Origin: Candidatus Pacearchaeota archaeon
GTDB lineage: Archaea; Nanobdellota; Nanobdellia; Pacearchaeales; UBA284
Direction of reading: 5' to 3'
DNA: 64,000 nt
NCBI GenBank assembly: GCA_038886195.1
Contig: JAVZYK010000001.1
Coordinates: forward strand, 529,106-593,105
Under the pieces are notes generated by a model. That model was not told the DNA's origin. It saw nothing but the letters and a program-made list of their open reading frames with translations, and did not search any database. A program made the translations under genes and the position numbers. Each line of letters begins with the position of its first letter. The first letter of the stretch is position 1. Positions 9,996 through 18,787 of this stretch are shown in pieces.

Positions 9996-10973
9996 TTATT
10001 TAATATCGCTTAACTCTTTTATTAATTCGTCTGGTTCTAGTTCTTTAACAGAATCTATAATAAATTCATTTCTATCGAATAAGATGTTTTTGCGAGTTCT
10101 ACCAGTAAAAAGCCACTCGGTTCCTAAAAGTTCTGATTTTTTTTCTAAAAAAAATGAAGAGTCTTGCAATTTATCAAATTCAGTTTCTTCAATTTTTAGT
10201 AATTTATTTATATTTTCGCTAAATGCTAAAGACCTTATATTTTCTGTTCCATCATCTATGATTAAATTGAGCAGGGCTCTTTTGTTTGGAATAACCACGC
10301 CATGTCTTATGCATATGGCTTTATCGGCTTCGTAGCTTACTTTCATATTACATTCAGGACAAACTAAAAAGAAAGCTGGCTGAAATAACTGGACTATTGT
10401 GGCTCTAACAGAAGCTCTTTCATTTGTTTTTAATTCTGAAATTTTAGAAATTTTTAATTTTTCTTCATAATGAACTATTTTTTCTATTTTGGCATCACTT
10501 AAGGAAATTTCTGAATTTGAACTTAAATGGAGTTCTCTTGCTGTAGTGCCTCTAACATCAGCGTTTTTTATTTCTATTACAGAATCTTTGTTTATAGTTC
10601 CATTTTTTATTAATTCAATGTGCTTAGTGTCCCATAGTACAACTCTAATTGAAGAAGTGTCATCAGCAATAAGCATTGTAGCAATTTCTCCTTCATGTTC
10701 TCCTCTCCTGTATTTGCGAACAGGGTATATTTCAAGAACTTTTCCTACGACTTGGACTTTCTTCATGCCTATAAGCAGATCAATAATTTTGTATTTCTGT
10801 TTTTCAAAAGAAATTCCCAATTCTGCAGCTACAACTTGTATTGCGCCTTCATTGCTTATTAAACCGCTTAACTTGGCCTTTTTCGCTTCAACTTTTCTTA
10901 AAATTTCATCTTTAGTTAAACCACTAAGTTTTGCTACTTTTTCTACAAGCTGCTCAAAAGTTGCTTGAATCAT
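9996..10973 (-). CDS. rpa: Replication protein A (OB-fold ssDNA-binding protein with Zn finger)
   Basis: DDTSSIRVVLWD and DDGTENIR OB folds, CPEC...C..H zinc motif; ATG at 10973; upstream of radA. Confidence 0.88.
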   Translation of the reverse strand: MIQATFEQLVEKVAKLSGLTKDEILRKVEAKKAKLSGLISNEGAIQVVAAELGISFEKQKYKIIDLLIGMKKVQVVGKVLEIYPVRKYRRGEHEGEIATMLIADDTSSIRVVLWDTKHIELIKNGTINKDSVIEIKNADVRGTTARELHLSSNSEISLSDAKIEKIVHYEEKLKISKISELKTNERASVRATIVQLFQPAFFLVCPECNMKVSYEADKAICIRHGVVIPNKRALLNLIIDDGTENIRSLAFSENINKLLKIEETEFDKLQDSSFFLEKKSELLGTEWLFTGRTRKNILFDRNEFIIDSVKELEPDELIKELSDIK

Positions 10974-11067
10974 TTTTCTAATTTTTTGTTTTTCAATAAA
11001 AATATTCAAATAAAAAATATTTTGAATTTTTAAAGTTTTATTTACTTCATTAATATTTTAAAATTAA

Positions 11068-11853
11068 TTATTCTAAAATAAATTCTAATTTAATCGGCTC
11101 AAATTTTATGTTGTTATTTTCTATAAAGAAAAAAGCTCTTTTTGTTTTAAGATTAAAAAAGTAATAATTGTTTTGTTTTTCAACTTTAACATTCCAATTT
11201 TCAAAATTTAAATTTTTGAAACAATCTTCATTTTCATTGCATTTTGATTTTTCTTCCATGATTTTATCATATATTTTTAAAAAATCATTAAGATATATTC
11301 CTTGTTCTTCAAGTTTAGTATTTATTGTTTGTTCTTTCGAAAGAATTATATCATAGTTAACAAAAATTCCTTTCTTTTCTATTTCAATAGTTGCCGGTTC
11401 ATTTTTTGATATTATGATATTTTCTTGCTCATTGAAAATGTGAGTGTAATTTTGCCTTAATTTTTCATTAGGGTATGATTTTATTAGAAAATCAAAACTT
11501 TTGTTAAATTCCTCTAGGAATGCTTTTTTGATGTATTCTGTTTCTGGTTTACATTCTAGATTCCAAATTGGTAAATGCGTTTCTGGTTCTATTTTGCAAG
11601 CTGATTTTTTTTCTACAGCGCCATTTTTTGCTATAATATGGAATGCTTGCGACGCCGCAAGCTTTTTTGTTTCTTCTATATATAAAGAAAATCTGTCTTG
11701 CTCATTGTAAATGCTTGTTAAAATTGGAAGCAATTCAATTTCTGTGGCTACATTTTTATTTGTTGTAGAAAATGCAAACCAGGCAGTAACTATAAAAATT
11801 ATCGTTGCTAAAACCATTCCTGCCGCAAAAATTCCAGCTTTTCTATTTTTCAT
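11068..11853 (-). CDS. Class III signal-peptide (pilin-like) protein
   Basis: MKNRKAG followed by a hydrophobic helix; ATG at 11853 lies just after the upstream stop; Cys pairs. Confidence 0.75.
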   Translation of the reverse strand: MKNRKAGIFAAGMVLATIIFIVTAWFAFSTTNKNVATEIELLPILTSIYNEQDRFSLYIEETKKLAASQAFHIIAKNGAVEKKSACKIEPETHLPIWNLECKPETEYIKKAFLEEFNKSFDFLIKSYPNEKLRQNYTHIFNEQENIIISKNEPATIEIEKKGIFVNYDIILSKEQTINTKLEEQGIYLNDFLKIYDKIMEEKSKCNENEDCFKNLNFENWNVKVEKQNNYYFFNLKTKRAFFFIENNNIKFEPIKLEFILE

Positions 11854-11854
11854 T

Positions 11855-12352
11855 TTATTCTTTAATTTCAAGATTTGCTATTATAGTTTCATTTGAAGGA
11901 ATATAAAAAAAAGAACCTTTGTATTTTAAGTAAGGTACGAAAATTATTGAAGGGCCGGCCAATGTTGGTTTAAATGTTAGTTTAGTTAAATCTTCTAGTT
12001 TCAATATATCGAATTTATAGTCATAAATATTAAAAGCTGAACTTTCTTGTTCTAAAATGGCTTTATAAGTAGAATTTATTTTTGAAAGTATTATTAGTTC
12101 TGCGATGGTTAAATTTTGTTCTTCGTTATTAAATATTATTGTTACTGGTTTTTGAAGCCAGGATTGTAACGACAAGTGTTCTTGATTATGAATTGATTGT
12201 TCTTCTGAAGATTTTTTAATTTCAGTTACAGCTCCTCCCCAAAACACTTTTGATAATACGAAAAATATTATTAAAAGAACAATTATTATGGCGGCTCCTA
12301 CAACATCTTGGAGAGCTTCTCCTATTTGCCCTTTCTTATTCGTTCTTTTCAT
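11855..12352 (-). CDS. Class III signal-peptide (pilin-like) protein
   Basis: NKKG|QIGE followed by a hydrophobic helix. Confidence 0.8.
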   Translation of the reverse strand: MKRTNKKGQIGEALQDVVGAAIIIVLLIIFFVLSKVFWGGAVTEIKKSSEEQSIHNQEHLSLQSWLQKPVTIIFNNEEQNLTIAELIILSKINSTYKAILEQESSAFNIYDYKFDILKLEDLTKLTFKPTLAGPSIIFVPYLKYKGSFFYIPSNETIIANLEIKE

Positions 12353-12354
12353 TT

Positions 12355-12825
12355 TTATAGATTCTTTTCAGTTTTTCTTATTGCTATAAATATTTTTGCT
12401 GTTGAAAGTTTTTGTTGGTTTAAAACCAAATATTTTGTTTCTGAGCAACTAGGATATGTTTTTATGTTAACTTTTTTTTCTTTTGCTTCACATAGGGTGG
12501 CTAAAAAACTTTTTCCAGTTTCTATAGAATTATCATCAAGAGTTAATTTGATATATAATTCATTTTCATTTATTGGAATGCAGTCAGTTAAATTCTTAAT
12601 TTCTATGTTATTATTGATAATGCCTTTAGGAGCTATACATTCTATAATTTTTCTAGAAATTGCTGCTGTTTCTAGAGGTCTAACATCTAATTGTCTAGAA
12701 TAATGAGATATCACAATAGCTACTACTCCGCCTATTACCAATACAAGAAGAATAAATTTCCAAAGCCAACTAATTCCATGGCCTAGCTGCGCTTTCTTTT
12801 CTTTAAATATAAATTTTATTTTCAT
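12355..12825 (-). CDS. Class III signal-peptide (pilin-like) protein
   Basis: KKA|QLG followed by a hydrophobic helix; 4 Cys. Confidence 0.8.
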   Translation of the reverse strand: MKIKFIFKEKKAQLGHGISWLWKFILLVLVIGGVVAIVISHYSRQLDVRPLETAAISRKIIECIAPKGIINNNIEIKNLTDCIPINENELYIKLTLDDNSIETGKSFLATLCEAKEKKVNIKTYPSCSETKYLVLNQQKLSTAKIFIAIRKTEKNL

Positions 12826-13172
12826 TTTATTTCAATTACAGTTATATTGCCTTTTGATGTAAATATGACATTATCTTGCAAATAACAAGGATAAATATAA
12901 CCAGGATCGAAAGAACCTTCTCTAATTATGATGTCTGTTCTTTTTTTTTCTATTGAAATTTTTTTATCGTGTTCTATTATAATGTTTGTTCCAGCTCTTC
13001 CTTGCGCTTCCGTTATTGCAATACACAAATCTTTAGCCAGAATCTGTTTTTTTAATGCCTTGCCAGAAGCTTGACTGTTTATCCAAAAAACTACCATTAT
13101 TAGAATCATTATAATGAAAAACAAGTTAAAGAAAAATTGCCACCCTAATTCAAAACCTCTTTTATTAAACAT
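12822..13172 (-). CDS. Class III signal-peptide (pilin-like) protein
   Basis: NKRG|FEL followed by a hydrophobic helix; 4-nt overlap with the next gene. Confidence 0.8.
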   Translation of the reverse strand: MFNKRGFELGWQFFFNLFFIIMILIMVVFWINSQASGKALKKQILAKDLCIAITEAQGRAGTNIIIEHDKKISIEKKRTDIIIREGSFDPGYIYPCYLQDNVIFTSKGNITVIEIK

Positions 13173-13191
13173 TTTAATAAATTATAATAAT

Positions 13192-13229
13192 TTTTATAAA
13201 GAAAAAGGATTAATAAATTTAGTGATTAT
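13192..13229. promoter_or_regulatory. Duplicated AT-rich divergent promoter element, copy 1
   Basis: ttttataaagaaaaaggattaataaatttagtgattat, near-identical to 15946-15984; contains a TATA-like TTTATTAA on the minus strand upstream of a pilin ATG. Confidence 0.55.
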
Positions 13230-13273
13230 GATAATATGGACGAGAATCTATTGAATAATTTTTAAATTAAAAA

Positions 13274-14224
13274 ATGTTAGACTATCGTATTGAAGTTGAA
13301 AATACAAAAAGCACGATAAACGAAATAAATAAAGAAGACTTTGAATTAACGTTCAAAATTAGTTTACCAAAACAAAACTATTTATCAAATATAAAAAAAT
13401 TTTTTGAGACGAGAAAAGAAAATAACCCTTTTTTGAAAAAAAGTTGCTCAGAGGAAATTAAAAAATATGAGAAATGTGTTGAAGAAAAATATTTTGAAGA
13501 AGTAAAAGATGTATTGTTGCAAAGATTAATTTTATCAGATTTTTATATTGAATTGAAAGAAGAATTTGATGAAGAAAAGAATGAAAAAAACCTTCTTGTC
13601 AATATAAAGAGAGAAAATTTTGATAGCTTCTTTAAGTTAAGTTTTTTAATGCCAAGAATAGAGACTAAAAAATCTATTTTTGGTTCTAGTATAAAAAAAG
13701 TTTCTTTACCAGATTTAATTTATTATTATACTCTTTCAGGAACTGGAGATCCTACGGCTGTTGATAAAATAAAAGACGAATATGCGAGAGAAGTTCCGAT
13801 TGCAAAAGAATTTAAAAATTATTTTATTAATGGAGAATGGATTAAAATTAAGGATGTTCAATTAACTGAAGAAAATTTCAAAATAGAAGTTGTTGGAAAA
13901 ATAATGTTTGAAATTTATTATTCGGAACAACTCAAACAAAAATCGCCAAATTTGTCTGATTTAAATGCTTTATTATTTGAAGAAAAAAAGCAGAGCTTGC
14001 TAACAAAACTTGCTTTTGATAATAATTTGTCGCATAAAGTTGAAATAAGAAAAAATGAAATGGAAACGATCGTTAAAAGTAGAAATAAGGATTTTGAAGC
14101 AAAAATTATTTTAGCTCCTAATGCCGATTTTCTACCATTGTTTTTAAGTTTTTATTATTCTATCCATGGTAATGGTAAAAATTTTCATACTTTTTTAAAA
14201 GAGTATTGGCCATCGACAGAATAA
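13274..14224 (+). CDS. Hypothetical protein
   Basis: 316-aa ORF, no recognised motif. Confidence 0.65.
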   Translation: MLDYRIEVENTKSTINEINKEDFELTFKISLPKQNYLSNIKKFFETRKENNPFLKKSCSEEIKKYEKCVEEKYFEEVKDVLLQRLILSDFYIELKEEFDEEKNEKNLLVNIKRENFDSFFKLSFLMPRIETKKSIFGSSIKKVSLPDLIYYYTLSGTGDPTAVDKIKDEYAREVPIAKEFKNYFINGEWIKIKDVQLTEENFKIEVVGKIMFEIYYSEQLKQKSPNLSDLNALLFEEKKQSLLTKLAFDNNLSHKVEIRKNEMETIVKSRNKDFEAKIILAPNADFLPLFLSFYYSIHGNGKNFHTFLKEYWPSTE

Positions 14225-14226
14225 AA

Positions 14227-15027
14227 ATGCCTCTAAAGAGAACATTTTATAAATACGGAAGTAATAAAATAAATAAAATACAATTAAAGCAAGAATCAAA
14301 AAATCACAAAATAAAAAATTTTTTATTAACTGCTTTTGCTTTTTGTACTATTGGAGTTGTTGCTTATTTGGCGTGGCCGAAAACTAAAGCTAGCGAAGGC
14401 GCTTTTGAAAAAAACAAAATTAATAAAGAAAAGCTTGAACAACAATATGTTTATAAAAAATCGAAAAGAGCTCCTCTAGAAATAAGAATAGATGAAATTA
14501 CATTTAATAATAGTTTACAAAGAAGATATTTAACGACTAGAACTTTAGAAGATGCGGTTATTAAACTAGAAATAGAAGCAACATTTCCTTCTGATGCATA
14601 TGTGTATAGCGATTTTAAAAGTATAAGTGAGCCAAGTTCGAGTGAAATTGAATATATGAGAAATTATTTTATTAATCGTTTTACGCAAAAATTTTCTGAG
14701 GAAGTTCCTTTTTTTATGATTGATTTTTATGTTAATGGCAATAAAGTTCATGAAGAAATAAAATTAAATTTTCCGAACATAGCGGAAAGATCGATATCTT
14801 CTTATCCTAAAGAAATTAAAATAAGAAATAAAAATTTTATTTTAACATGCAATGTAGGAGGAACAATAAATAGAAATATTTATGGAACTGTAGAAACAAA
14901 AATTAGAGAAAGACATTATAATGGCCTAGGAACTTATACTACTTTTTATTATTATGATGTTAAGGGCTACATATTTATAACAAAAAGTTGGCTTAAAGAC
15001 GTGTATATTAGAAAAGAACGTGATTAG
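14227..15027 (+). CDS. Hypothetical single-TM membrane-anchored protein
   Basis: Basic N-terminus, TM FLLTAFAFCTIGVVAYLAW; ATG at 14227 just after the upstream stop. Confidence 0.65.
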   Translation: MPLKRTFYKYGSNKINKIQLKQESKNHKIKNFLLTAFAFCTIGVVAYLAWPKTKASEGAFEKNKINKEKLEQQYVYKKSKRAPLEIRIDEITFNNSLQRRYLTTRTLEDAVIKLEIEATFPSDAYVYSDFKSISEPSSSEIEYMRNYFINRFTQKFSEEVPFFMIDFYVNGNKVHEEIKLNFPNIAERSISSYPKEIKIRNKNFILTCNVGGTINRNIYGTVETKIRERHYNGLGTYTTFYYYDVKGYIFITKSWLKDVYIRKERD

Positions 15028-15039
15028 CAGCCAAATGCA

Positions 15040-15942
15040 TTAAGGAATGCTTTCTATGTTTTGACAATTGGCAACTACGTCTTGAGCAGTTAGTGGAGTT
15101 AAAATTATAGCATTACAACCTTTGCGTTCACCTTCACAATGTACTGCAGCAGCATGTCCTGAAGTTAAAAAAGTAATTACATGTCCTGCCGCTTCTGCGG
15201 TCGCCATAATCCATCCAATAACTGGAATTAATTTTACTGCTGATTTTACTCCTATTTTAGTTAAACCTTTAGCTAAAAGACGAGGAACAAAAAAAGCACT
15301 TGTTCCACCCAATCCTATATAATTTTTAATTTCTTCTCCTAAATCTTCTCCCTTTATAGACATAAAGATTATTGCATAATCTTGATTTGTATCTAATTTT
15401 TCTATTTTAATTTCTGTTGGAAGTTCTGCTTTTTCTTCTTGACTAAAATATTCTAAATAAGTTAAATTTTTTGATGGAATTTTTGTTCGTTCAAGAAAAC
15501 TTAACAAATCGATTTGTTTTCTTTTAGCCTTTTCATCAAATCTAATTATTGAGCATATAATACAATTTGCTTTTGCAGTTCCCTTTCCTGGAACCCCCCA
15601 CTCACGCCAACCGCTTTCCGAGAAAAACTGCATTTTGCCTTCACCCAGCATCCACCAGCAATCATACATAGCATTTGCTATTTCTCTTTTAATGAAATCT
15701 TCATTAGTGGAACTAATTGTTATTTCTTGAGTTTTACAGTTTAAAGGAATTGTTTCTGGAAGCATTCCTTCTCCTCTTAAAATTGCATTATTTCTTAAAA
15801 TTACAGAATTTCTACAAGCTTCTTTATCAACAGTTTCTTTATAAGGTAGTGCTTTTAGGAAAAAGAAAATTATTGCAGCAATTAGGAGAACTATGATTAT
15901 GCCTATTAACATTGATTGAACTGTTACGCCTCTTTTATTCAT
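15040..15942 (-). CDS. Class III signal-peptide protein with Cys-rich domain and C-terminal hydrophobic hairpin
   Basis: MNKRG|VTV followed by a hydrophobic helix; CR.SV, PLNCKT, DCWW..GEG, CIICS motifs. Confidence 0.8.
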   Translation of the reverse strand: MNKRGVTVQSMLIGIIIVLLIAAIIFFFLKALPYKETVDKEACRNSVILRNNAILRGEGMLPETIPLNCKTQEITISSTNEDFIKREIANAMYDCWWMLGEGKMQFFSESGWREWGVPGKGTAKANCIICSIIRFDEKAKRKQIDLLSFLERTKIPSKNLTYLEYFSQEEKAELPTEIKIEKLDTNQDYAIIFMSIKGEDLGEEIKNYIGLGGTSAFFVPRLLAKGLTKIGVKSAVKLIPVIGWIMATAEAAGHVITFLTSGHAAAVHCEGERKGCNAIILTPLTAQDVVANCQNIESIP

Positions 15943-15945
15943 AAA

Positions 15946-15984
15946 TTTTATAAATAAAAAAGGATTAATAAATTTAATGATAAT
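15946..15984. promoter_or_regulatory. Duplicated AT-rich divergent promoter element, copy 2
   Basis: ttttataaataaaaaaggattaataaatttaatgataat, near-identical to 13192-13229. Confidence 0.55.
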
Positions 15985-15999
15985 TTAACTGAATAAAAA

Positions 16000-16668
16000 A
16001 TGGGGAAAATTGGTTGTTTTAGTTTATTGACTTTAATAGCTGGTGGCATTTTGGCTGCAAGTTATTGGATAGGAATTTTACAAGATTTAAAATATGAAAT
16101 TATTTTGCCTTCTAGAGGACGTTTAGCTAAGCGCAAAATAGAAAGCAAACTTAATGCAGACTGTTTCGAAAGATATTGGGAATATGGAAAAACTTATTGT
16201 GAAGGAGGCAAAGTCAGCGGAAACTATTATTTTATTTATTTTAAAAAAAATCCTGATTTTTTAGAACCTTTTTTTGGAAAATTTAATATCATTGATATCA
16301 AATTTCCTAAAGCCAATACTCTTGATGAGGCATTTATGTATGTTTCAGATATGTTGTCTAACAAGATTTTGGGTATTGAAAGAAGAATTTCAGAAGAGAA
16401 ATTATCCGTTTTAGAAAAAGAGATTAGAAACTCTGGAATTACTCCAGAAATCGAAACAGAATTGTTTAAAATTTTTAATCCATTTTTGGGAGAAGAAAAA
16501 ACAAGAAGAATTATTGATATCGCCACTGATGAAAATTTATCTGCAGAAGAAGCGACAAAGAGATTTATAGATGAAGTTCCAACTAATTTAAGTTCAGAAG
16601 AAGAAAAATTTGTCAAAGACGTTGTGAAAAAAATATTAGAACATCCTAAAGTAAAAGAAAATTATTAA
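16000..16668 (+). CDS. Hypothetical protein with N-terminal TM/signal
   Basis: N-terminal hydrophobic stretch, no recognised domain. Confidence 0.65.
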   Translation: MGKIGCFSLLTLIAGGILAASYWIGILQDLKYEIILPSRGRLAKRKIESKLNADCFERYWEYGKTYCEGGKVSGNYYFIYFKKNPDFLEPFFGKFNIIDIKFPKANTLDEAFMYVSDMLSNKILGIERRISEEKLSVLEKEIRNSGITPEIETELFKIFNPFLGEEKTRRIIDIATDENLSAEEATKRFIDEVPTNLSSEEEKFVKDVVKKILEHPKVKENY

Positions 16669-16898
16669 ATTCTATAACGATATTTTAGTTTGCTCTTCAT
16701 AATGGGATGCGAGACTAATGGAATTCCTGAGAAGTCAAAAGCGCTATTGGAATAGGCAATAGGCTATTTAAGCTATACTGAGGCTTTATGATAAAAAAAA
16801 GCAATCTTTATAAGCGGCATTGTTACAGGTGCTGAAGGAAGATTATTGAGTAATACAAATTTACAGATACTCTCGTTGTTAGAGAAGAAGATGGAAAA

Positions 16899-17000
16899 TT
16901 ATATTATTCCAAAACGTTTAAGTAAAAATAAAATTGCAGATCCGATTAAAACGAAAAGTAAAATTATTATTATCAGTTTAACAAGAGTTTGAGTTTCCAT
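16899..17000 (-). CDS. 33-aa pilin-like micro-protein with no basic leader
   Basis: Manually read METQTLVKLIIIILLFVLIGSAILFLLKRFGII*; ATG 3 nt after the SLT-pilin stop; below the ORF track cut-off. Confidence 0.65.
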   Translation of the reverse strand: METQTLVKLIIIILLFVLIGSAILFLLKRFGII

Positions 17001-17003
17001 TTT

Positions 17004-18116
17004 CTATGAAATAGCGGCCTTCACTTTTTGAAGATAATCTAAACCTTTGAAAGATTTGCAATTTTCAACTTCTAAAGGAACACAATACTTTTCAACCATA
17101 GAGGGACCTGTATTGTAAGCCATCACTCCTAACTCCCAATCTTTAAATTTATCTATCATTGAAATCAAATGTCTTGTGCCGACATCAATATTCTTTGCTT
17201 CATCAAAACGTTCATCCAAAGCAATAAGTTCTTCTTTTGTTTTTGTATTTTTTAAATTTTTCAATTCTGTAACATAATCAGTTTTTAAATAGTTTAAAAT
17301 TTCGTCACTCCATCTTGCTTCTAGAGGGGTGTTTTTTATCTTATCATTTGGATCATAAATTTTTAATCCAAAATCTAAAGCGACTTGAGGCATTAATTGC
17401 ATCAATCCAACTTCACCAGTTGTGCCAATAGCATTCCAAGAACCTTGAGATTCAATTGTAATGATTGCTTTAATTAATTTTTCAAATTCTTGTTCATTGG
17501 CTATGTAGTTTTTATCTTTAATTTGAGGATAGTATTTTTTTACTATTTCGGTTATAATAGAGTTATAATTTTTTTCAATTATTTGATTAGTCTGTTTTAA
17601 TTGAAGTTGAATTTCTGCTTTTTCTTCTTCTGTTAAAGATATTGGAATGGTTGGTTTTATTTTGCTTACATTGTAGTATTCTTTCATATTGGTTAACCAT
17701 ATCTCGCTAATTTGAATTTGTATTATAGCAAGCTCATTATCTTTTTTTAAAGGCAATTTTATTGTTTGGCAAATTTTACATTCTTTTTTTTCACAAATGC
17801 AAAGAATGTTTTGCTGAAAATATTTAGAAGGTTTGATATAGTCTTTGTTTTTGTTGTGTTGAGTATCGAAAGCAACTATATGCCAACCTATTGGAGCATA
17901 AAGAAAATAATTTTTAGATTCAGCTTCTGTTAAGTTATTTAAAATTTGAGTTAGTCTATCTAAAGTGCCTTTTGCTTGCATTTCTTTTTGTTTGCCAAAA
18001 TAAGTTGCGAAAAGCCTTTGAGCAGCAAAAATTAAAATGATTATTATCATTATAGCAAGAATTATTTCTAAAATTTGTTTTAAACCCCATTCGTCACCTT
18101 TTTTGTTAATATTCAT
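17004..18116 (-). CDS. Pilin-like protein (class III signal) fused to a C-terminal SLT/GH23 lytic transglycosylase domain
   Basis: NKKG|DEW followed by a hydrophobic helix; LIKAIITIES (catalytic Glu), GEVGLMQLMP, NIDVGTRHL, AYNTGP, YLQKV. Confidence 0.9.
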   Translation of the reverse strand: MNINKKGDEWGLKQILEIILAIMIIIILIFAAQRLFATYFGKQKEMQAKGTLDRLTQILNNLTEAESKNYFLYAPIGWHIVAFDTQHNKNKDYIKPSKYFQQNILCICEKKECKICQTIKLPLKKDNELAIIQIQISEIWLTNMKEYYNVSKIKPTIPISLTEEEKAEIQLQLKQTNQIIEKNYNSIITEIVKKYYPQIKDKNYIANEQEFEKLIKAIITIESQGSWNAIGTTGEVGLMQLMPQVALDFGLKIYDPNDKIKNTPLEARWSDEILNYLKTDYVTELKNLKNTKTKEELIALDERFDEAKNIDVGTRHLISMIDKFKDWELGVMAYNTGPSMVEKYCVPLEVENCKSFKGLDYLQKVKAAIS

Positions 18117-18152
18117 AAATAGAGTAAAGAAATATAATATTTAAAATTTTGT

Positions 18153-18332
18153 TTAAGGTTTAATTTGGGTTTCATTCCATAAGCCAAATGTAATTTTTAT
18201 TCTAGTCATTAAATTTGCAATAACTTCTTTCATTGTTCCAGAAAAAATTAATAGAATTACAATTAGAGCCACTAAAGCTAAAATTATAATTATGATTGTA
18301 TTGATAGAGAGTTCTGCGGCCTTTTTGTTCAT
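18153..18332 (-). CDS. Small class III pilin (59 aa)
   Basis: MNKKA|AELSINTIIIIILAL; ATG at 18332. Confidence 0.85.
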   Translation of the reverse strand: MNKKAAELSINTIIIIILALVALIVILLIFSGTMKEVIANLMTRIKITFGLWNETQIKP

Positions 18333-18337
18333 CTTTT

Positions 18338-18721
18338 TTATTCTGAAGGAGGATAACCAAGCTCTTCGCACCTTTCTCTCGTAGCTATCGTTATTTCCTT
18401 ATTTGTGGCAGGGTCGATGTATTTTAGTTTCGCTTCTATTGGCTTTTCGAAACAGTAAAAGTAATCTGTAGTTTTGTTTACTGTATTGTAAAGAGGTTGT
18501 TTTACTTGACAAAAAGTTTCTATTGTTGCTTGGGAACAATAGTCTTTTACAATTCTAATTCTATCACCACCATAAACTTGATAAGCTGTTTTTATGCTTC
18601 CAAAAAGATTTTGTAAGCCTCCAGTAAACCACAATACTAAAACTACGAGCACTACTATGGCTAAAATTATTATAATCACTGTTGTAACATTTATTTCTAC
18701 GGCTTTTTTATTTATTTTCAT
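18338..18721 (-). CDS. Class III pilin
   Basis: NKKA|VEINVTTVIIIILA; 4 Cys; GAGG RBS upstream. Confidence 0.85.
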   Translation of the reverse strand: MKINKKAVEINVTTVIIIILAIVVLVVLVLWFTGGLQNLFGSIKTAYQVYGGDRIRIVKDYCSQATIETFCQVKQPLYNTVNKTTDYFYCFEKPIEAKLKYIDPATNKEITIATRERCEELGYPPSE

Positions 18722-18787
18722 TTTTCCTCTTTTATCTTTTTTATTTAATTTTATAAAGCAAGATTGTTTTTAAAACTTTCTAACTAT

